Assembly: GCA_018659375.1 (NCBI GenBank)
Contig: JABJMO010000031.1
Location: 39,233 to 103,232 of the forward strand
DNA from: Methanobacteriota archaeon
GTDB taxonomy: Archaea > Thermoplasmatota > Poseidoniia > Poseidoniales > Poseidoniaceae
Direction: 5' to 3'
DNA length: 64,000 nucleotides
The notes under the pieces are model-generated. The model did not search any database and had not been told where the DNA came from. It saw only the letters and a list, made by a program, of their open reading frames with translations. Below, piece after piece: positions 60,109 through 64,000 of this stretch (position 1 is the first letter of the stretch; each line of letters begins with the position of its first letter). A program made the position numbers and the translations under genes.

Positions 60109-61881
60109 ATGGTTATGTTGGGAAGGAGTTCGTCTCGGGCTGTGCTTCTTGTTTTGTTGATGTTTAGTGCCGCTTTCTCTGGTTGTTTTGGAGAAACCGA
60201 ACAAAGTGGAATTAATTCAGATAAGGATGTAGTAGTTACTCCGCAAACGCTTTCTGGCGGTGTTTTTCAGCCAATGACAATAACTGCTAAAGCTGATTTA
60301 TCTGTATTTGTCCCTTACTTGATTTTGAATGAAGACAATGGGTTTGTACAAAACTCTACAATAATAGATCTAAAATCTGATGAGTCAGTGCAATTGAATG
60401 TATTGGCGCCACCTAGAACCGATACTGCTGTTGTTTTACTCGGAGAATATGGTCGGGATGTTTGGCCTATACGTAACATTGATGAATCCTGGAAAACTTG
60501 GTTTGATAGAAGAGGTTATGATAGTAATGAAAACCCAAGTATTGAACGGATTCCTAGTGTCAATAACTCACTAGACACTATCGGTTACTCAAATATGTCA
60601 TCTGATTCTGTTGCTGTAACTAAATTGTCAATTAAGCGTCAAATGGCCGCAGCATATAGTGAGTCTGATGGTGGTAGACATTCTATGGGAGTTGTTAACG
60701 GAAGAACTACTTTCAATTATCTCAGCCTATTGTCAGATGAAAGTGCCGACATTACAGATCTAGCTGATGGGGCTAATGGGTATCTTGATAGGTGGGCTGG
60801 TCAAGGTAATGCTGCATATGAAGACGCTGCTCAATATCTTATACAAACACTGGAAAGTTTTGGTTTGGAAGTAATAACTCAAAGATTTGTTTATGATTCC
60901 TTGATGACTGGTGCCCAAAATCCTGAAGCATACAATATCTGTGGATATCGTTTTGGTGAAGTAGATCCTGATAAATGGATGGTGTTTGGAGCACACTTCG
61001 ATATTGCCCCACCTGTTAATGGTGGCATGCTTGACCCTCACATATTTGGTAGAACTTACGGAACTAGAGTTGGTGCTTATGACAACACTGCAGGAACTAG
61101 TATGGTATTGACAGTGGCAGAAGCTATGGCTGGATATAGTACAAGGAACACTATGGTATTCTGCCTTTGGTCTGGTGAAGAAGGTGGTAAGAGAGGTAGT
61201 GATTTCTGGACTGATTACTGGGTTAAGGAAGATAATCCTGATGTCGAGGTTACGAATTATGTTAACTTAGACATGGCTGGAGTTAACTGGCCTGGTGGCG
61301 GTGGTGCTCCTTGTGGCAACGGCCATGGTGGAGGAGATGGGAATTGTGACCCTGAGCCAGAAATAGACCCTGATGGTTATCCTAAAGATTCTGAAGTTTG
61401 GCCAATGCGTGTCTACATCGGACCAAGCCTGGACCATGATGTAATGAATCAACCAGGGATGGTTGGCCTAGCGATGTGGATTGGTTCTGATGCAATTGGT
61501 GTTGAAGAACAGGTTTCTCCATTAATTGGTGAGGGGTATGATGCTACTACGTGGAAGGTTGATGATTGGATGGCTAAAGACCGCCCTGAAATTATCGTCT
61601 ATGAAGACACAACTGCTAGGTCAGACCATGCCACATTCCAAGATAATTTAGGTACTGTTACTATGGGTTTTGGTGGTCTTGTTGATGGATATTGGTGTTA
61701 CCACCAAACCTGCGACACCGTAGATGAAATGATCGATTGGATGGATACGACTGGCAAGGATTACGGGGAAGAACAAACTGGAACTAGTAACTTGGTTGAT
61801 GCTCTTGACACAATTACTTGGTGGGCAACTTATTCATTCTTCCATCTTGACGAACAACCAATTAGAAATTCATATCTTTGA
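60109..61881 (+). CDS. M28 family metallopeptidase, lipoprotein
   Basis: Lipobox-like AFSGC, GAHFD, GAYDNTAG, WSGEEGG..GS, YVNLDM, RSDH, YHQTCDT. Confidence 0.92.
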   Translation: MVMLGRSSSRAVLLVLLMFSAAFSGCFGETEQSGINSDKDVVVTPQTLSGGVFQPMTITAKADLSVFVPYLILNEDNGFVQNSTIIDLKSDESVQLNVLAPPRTDTAVVLLGEYGRDVWPIRNIDESWKTWFDRRGYDSNENPSIERIPSVNNSLDTIGYSNMSSDSVAVTKLSIKRQMAAAYSESDGGRHSMGVVNGRTTFNYLSLLSDESADITDLADGANGYLDRWAGQGNAAYEDAAQYLIQTLESFGLEVITQRFVYDSLMTGAQNPEAYNICGYRFGEVDPDKWMVFGAHFDIAPPVNGGMLDPHIFGRTYGTRVGAYDNTAGTSMVLTVAEAMAGYSTRNTMVFCLWSGEEGGKRGSDFWTDYWVKEDNPDVEVTNYVNLDMAGVNWPGGGGAPCGNGHGGGDGNCDPEPEIDPDGYPKDSEVWPMRVYIGPSLDHDVMNQPGMVGLAMWIGSDAIGVEEQVSPLIGEGYDATTWKVDDWMAKDRPEIIVYEDTTARSDHATFQDNLGTVTMGFGGLVDGYWCYHQTCDTVDEMIDWMDTTGKDYGEEQTGTSNLVDALDTITWWATYSFFHLDEQPIRNSYL

Positions 61882-61962
61882 ATAGGCTTTCTATGCTTTG
61901 GTAAAATGGTGTTTTTTTTATTAATATTTATTGTGGGTGATGAATTACCCGATATGAATATA

Positions 61963-62889
61963 TTAAAATATATAATCAACTGTGTTTTGTAAAAGTGCTG
62001 TAGGAGACCAAAAACCAAGAAACATACTTAGGACTGGAACTAAGAATATAAAGAATACACCATAGAATACTTGTTCATTCCAATCTTTTACCTTAGCACC
62101 ATCTAAAGGGCCCCATGGAATCATATTGAATAGTCCCAGAATTAGATTAGCTGAAAGCCACCAAACACCTGCATCGACCAACATTGATTGCCAAATTATT
62201 GAGTTTCCATCAACATATGCTCTACTTCCATTTTCTAGCATTGGAATGTTTGTTAGATCAAAAGACCCAGTAATGCCTAGAATAAGTACCCACATTGGTA
62301 TTCCTATTATGAATAAAGAGAGGTTTGTTAAAGGGCCGGCAACTGCAATATAGCCGTTATATCGCCTTTTTAGCAATCCGGAAACCATAACAGCGCCAGG
62401 AGCCATAAACAAAAAACCAAGGAAAAAGGACAACATTATGCCAAATCTCAACCCTTTGGGGTCTGCTCTAAATTCTGCCCAACAACCATATTTTTTAGCG
62501 ACTAATTTGTGACCAATCTCGTGCAAAATAAAAGCTGGGCCAACAGCAAAAAGCATTACTGGCATGGCTAATAGTAAAGTGATAATCCAAGTATTAATGC
62601 CTAGTGTTGAAATTCCACCTAACCCTCTTACAGCCATGAAACCAAGTGCTAATGTAAATGCTGCAGTTGCTAATAGTAAGTGTTGTTTTTCTATGTCGCT
62701 GAATTCCCAGATTTTTTTATTACCCGTTGGTTGGGGAGTGGTTTTCTTACCAGTAAACATATTTTGTAAATCATCAATAGTAAACATTGAGTTGCCTTTT
62801 GAAGATTCAGAAGAATGAATTCTACGTATTTTAGGTTGTGGAAATGGGTCTGTATCGACGATGTCGGCTCTTGGGTCGCGACTCGCCAT
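61963..62889 (-). CDS. Site-2 protease family (M50) membrane metalloprotease
   Basis: LHEIGHK (HExxH), AEFR, APGAV, IAVAGPLTN, FNMIPWGPLDG (NxxPxxxxDG). Confidence 0.92.
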   Translation of the reverse strand: MASRDPRADIVDTDPFPQPKIRRIHSSESSKGNSMFTIDDLQNMFTGKKTTPQPTGNKKIWEFSDIEKQHLLLATAAFTLALGFMAVRGLGGISTLGINTWIITLLLAMPVMLFAVGPAFILHEIGHKLVAKKYGCWAEFRADPKGLRFGIMLSFFLGFLFMAPGAVMVSGLLKRRYNGYIAVAGPLTNLSLFIIGIPMWVLILGITGSFDLTNIPMLENGSRAYVDGNSIIWQSMLVDAGVWWLSANLILGLFNMIPWGPLDGAKVKDWNEQVFYGVFFIFLVPVLSMFLGFWSPTALLQNTVDYIF

Positions 62890-63061
62890 GGATAATTGAA
62901 ATGCTCTAGTTTATTGAATCCTGTTACATAATGATTTGATAGAATTGGTTCAAGAGTTTATTGATAGAATTAAAAATAAGGTATGTTTTAGGTTTGATTG
63001 ATAGCGATTGTATGGTTACTTGTAATCCTCTAAAAAATTTTTGAATATGGTTTGATTTGAT

Positions 63062-63529
63062 ATGAGAAATGAGACCAGTGATGCTATCAGTGATATCTTA
63101 TTCATGAATAGTCTGGGTTTTTCTGAAGAAAATATTGCTAAACTAAAACATATGTCAGTAATTGATGTAAAAGATATTATTAACTCTAATAAGGTTAGTT
63201 TTTCGAATAAAAAAAAGCAAAATACGATTCAAGATTTGGGTAATCAGAATAAGTGGAAAGATTCACCCCCTTCACCAATTGAAGCACAAGATATTGGCCA
63301 AGAAACTTGGAAAGATGGTGAGATAAACCAACAAGAATATTATGAAACAATGACAAAACCTAGTAAGGAAATTACTAGAGTAGATCGTTCCGATAGAATA
63401 GGTGAAGATTTTGATTTAGAATTAAAACTAAACAATGTTGATAATGAAGATGTGGTAAAGAAAATCAATTCTAGAGAAGAATGGAAAGAAATGATGGAAG
63501 AGTTAGATGGTTTTTTAGATGATTCTTGA
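63062..63529 (+). CDS. Hypothetical protein (possible N-terminal HTH)
   Basis: 155-aa ORF. LGFSEENIAKLKHMSVIDVKDII resembles an HTH, and the remainder is acidic. Confidence 0.6.
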   Translation: MRNETSDAISDILFMNSLGFSEENIAKLKHMSVIDVKDIINSNKVSFSNKKKQNTIQDLGNQNKWKDSPPSPIEAQDIGQETWKDGEINQQEYYETMTKPSKEITRVDRSDRIGEDFDLELKLNNVDNEDVVKKINSREEWKEMMEELDGFLDDS

Positions 63530-64000
63530 ATCTGGTTCTAGAATATTATTAGATGGGGATAATTCATAAGTTATTCTTTGTGTCCCTTTACCTTTTGATT
63601 TTTTACCAATTATATTTACTGAGCCAATTTCGACTAAATTTGACACATGAGTGCCGGCACAAGGACATAAATCAACATAATCGCCTATTTTTACAACTCT
63701 AAGATCTCTAACTGATTTAGGTAGTAAATTCATATTTGTTCTATCTGGTGGCATGATTGAATTTATTTCATCTCGTGTCATAATACCATCATCGACTATG
63801 ATAGATTGTTCGGTTAATTCGTTTGCTCTATCAGATAGCATGTTTAACATTTCTTCAGTAAATGATATTGGGTTAAAATCAATTCTTGAATGGGTTGCGT
63901 GTATTTGATTTCCAACCGTCCTAGCGCCATTAAAAATCTCATAAGCAAGTCCAGACATTACGTGTTGGGCTGTATGCATTTTCATATGACTATAACGCCT
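63515..64000 (-). CDS. alaX: Alanyl-tRNA editing protein AlaX (5' end outside the window)
   Basis: Frame stays open to the window edge (RRYSH MKMHTAQH, HxxxH). Also SRIDF, LRVVKIG, DLCPCAGTHV (CxxxH), KSKGKG..RI. Confidence 0.92.
   Translation of the reverse strand, partial: RRYSHMKMHTAQHVMSGLAYEIFNGARTVGNQIHATHSRIDFNPISFTEEMLNMLSDRANELTEQSIIVDDGIMTRDEINSIMPPDRTNMNLLPKSVRDLRVVKIGDYVDLCPCAGTHVSNLVEIGSVNIIGKKSKGKGTQRITYELSPSNNILEPDSRII

Overview
Gene-dense 64 kb chromosomal segment of an archaeon, most likely Marine Group II (Ca. Poseidoniales, Thermoplasmatota). This taxonomy is inferred, not database-checked. It rests on archaeal information genes (PriL, Dph5, Trm5-like, group II chaperonin, DUF373, MptE, Pcc1-like) mixed with bacterial-type metabolic genes (ATP-PEPCK, DnaK, KatG/PerR, bacterial-type HMG-CoA synthase, SemiSWEET) and acidic secreted peptidases. 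About 56 CDS are present, two cut by the window edges. I saw no rRNA, tRNA, CRISPR or mobile element. Most notable: (1) a candidate extracytoplasmic copper module of an SCO lipoprotein, a His-studded LVIVD beta-propeller and a divergent membrane-anchored protein whose mature N-terminus would be His1; (2) an 18/19 match to the canonical bacterial Fur box directly upstream of a katG-perR-like unit; (3) an agmatinase / SpeD-like / bacterial-type DHS-like operon without spermidine synthase, containing a 57-bp tandem duplication; (4) a 41-aa zinc-finger micro-protein absent from the ORF track; (5) a Tyr-type, sigma-like GST in an archaeon; (6) an sHSP-like / dnaK / divergent thermosome cluster lacking dnaJ and grpE. 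Start codons were moved from the ORF track where a more plausible downstream start exists.
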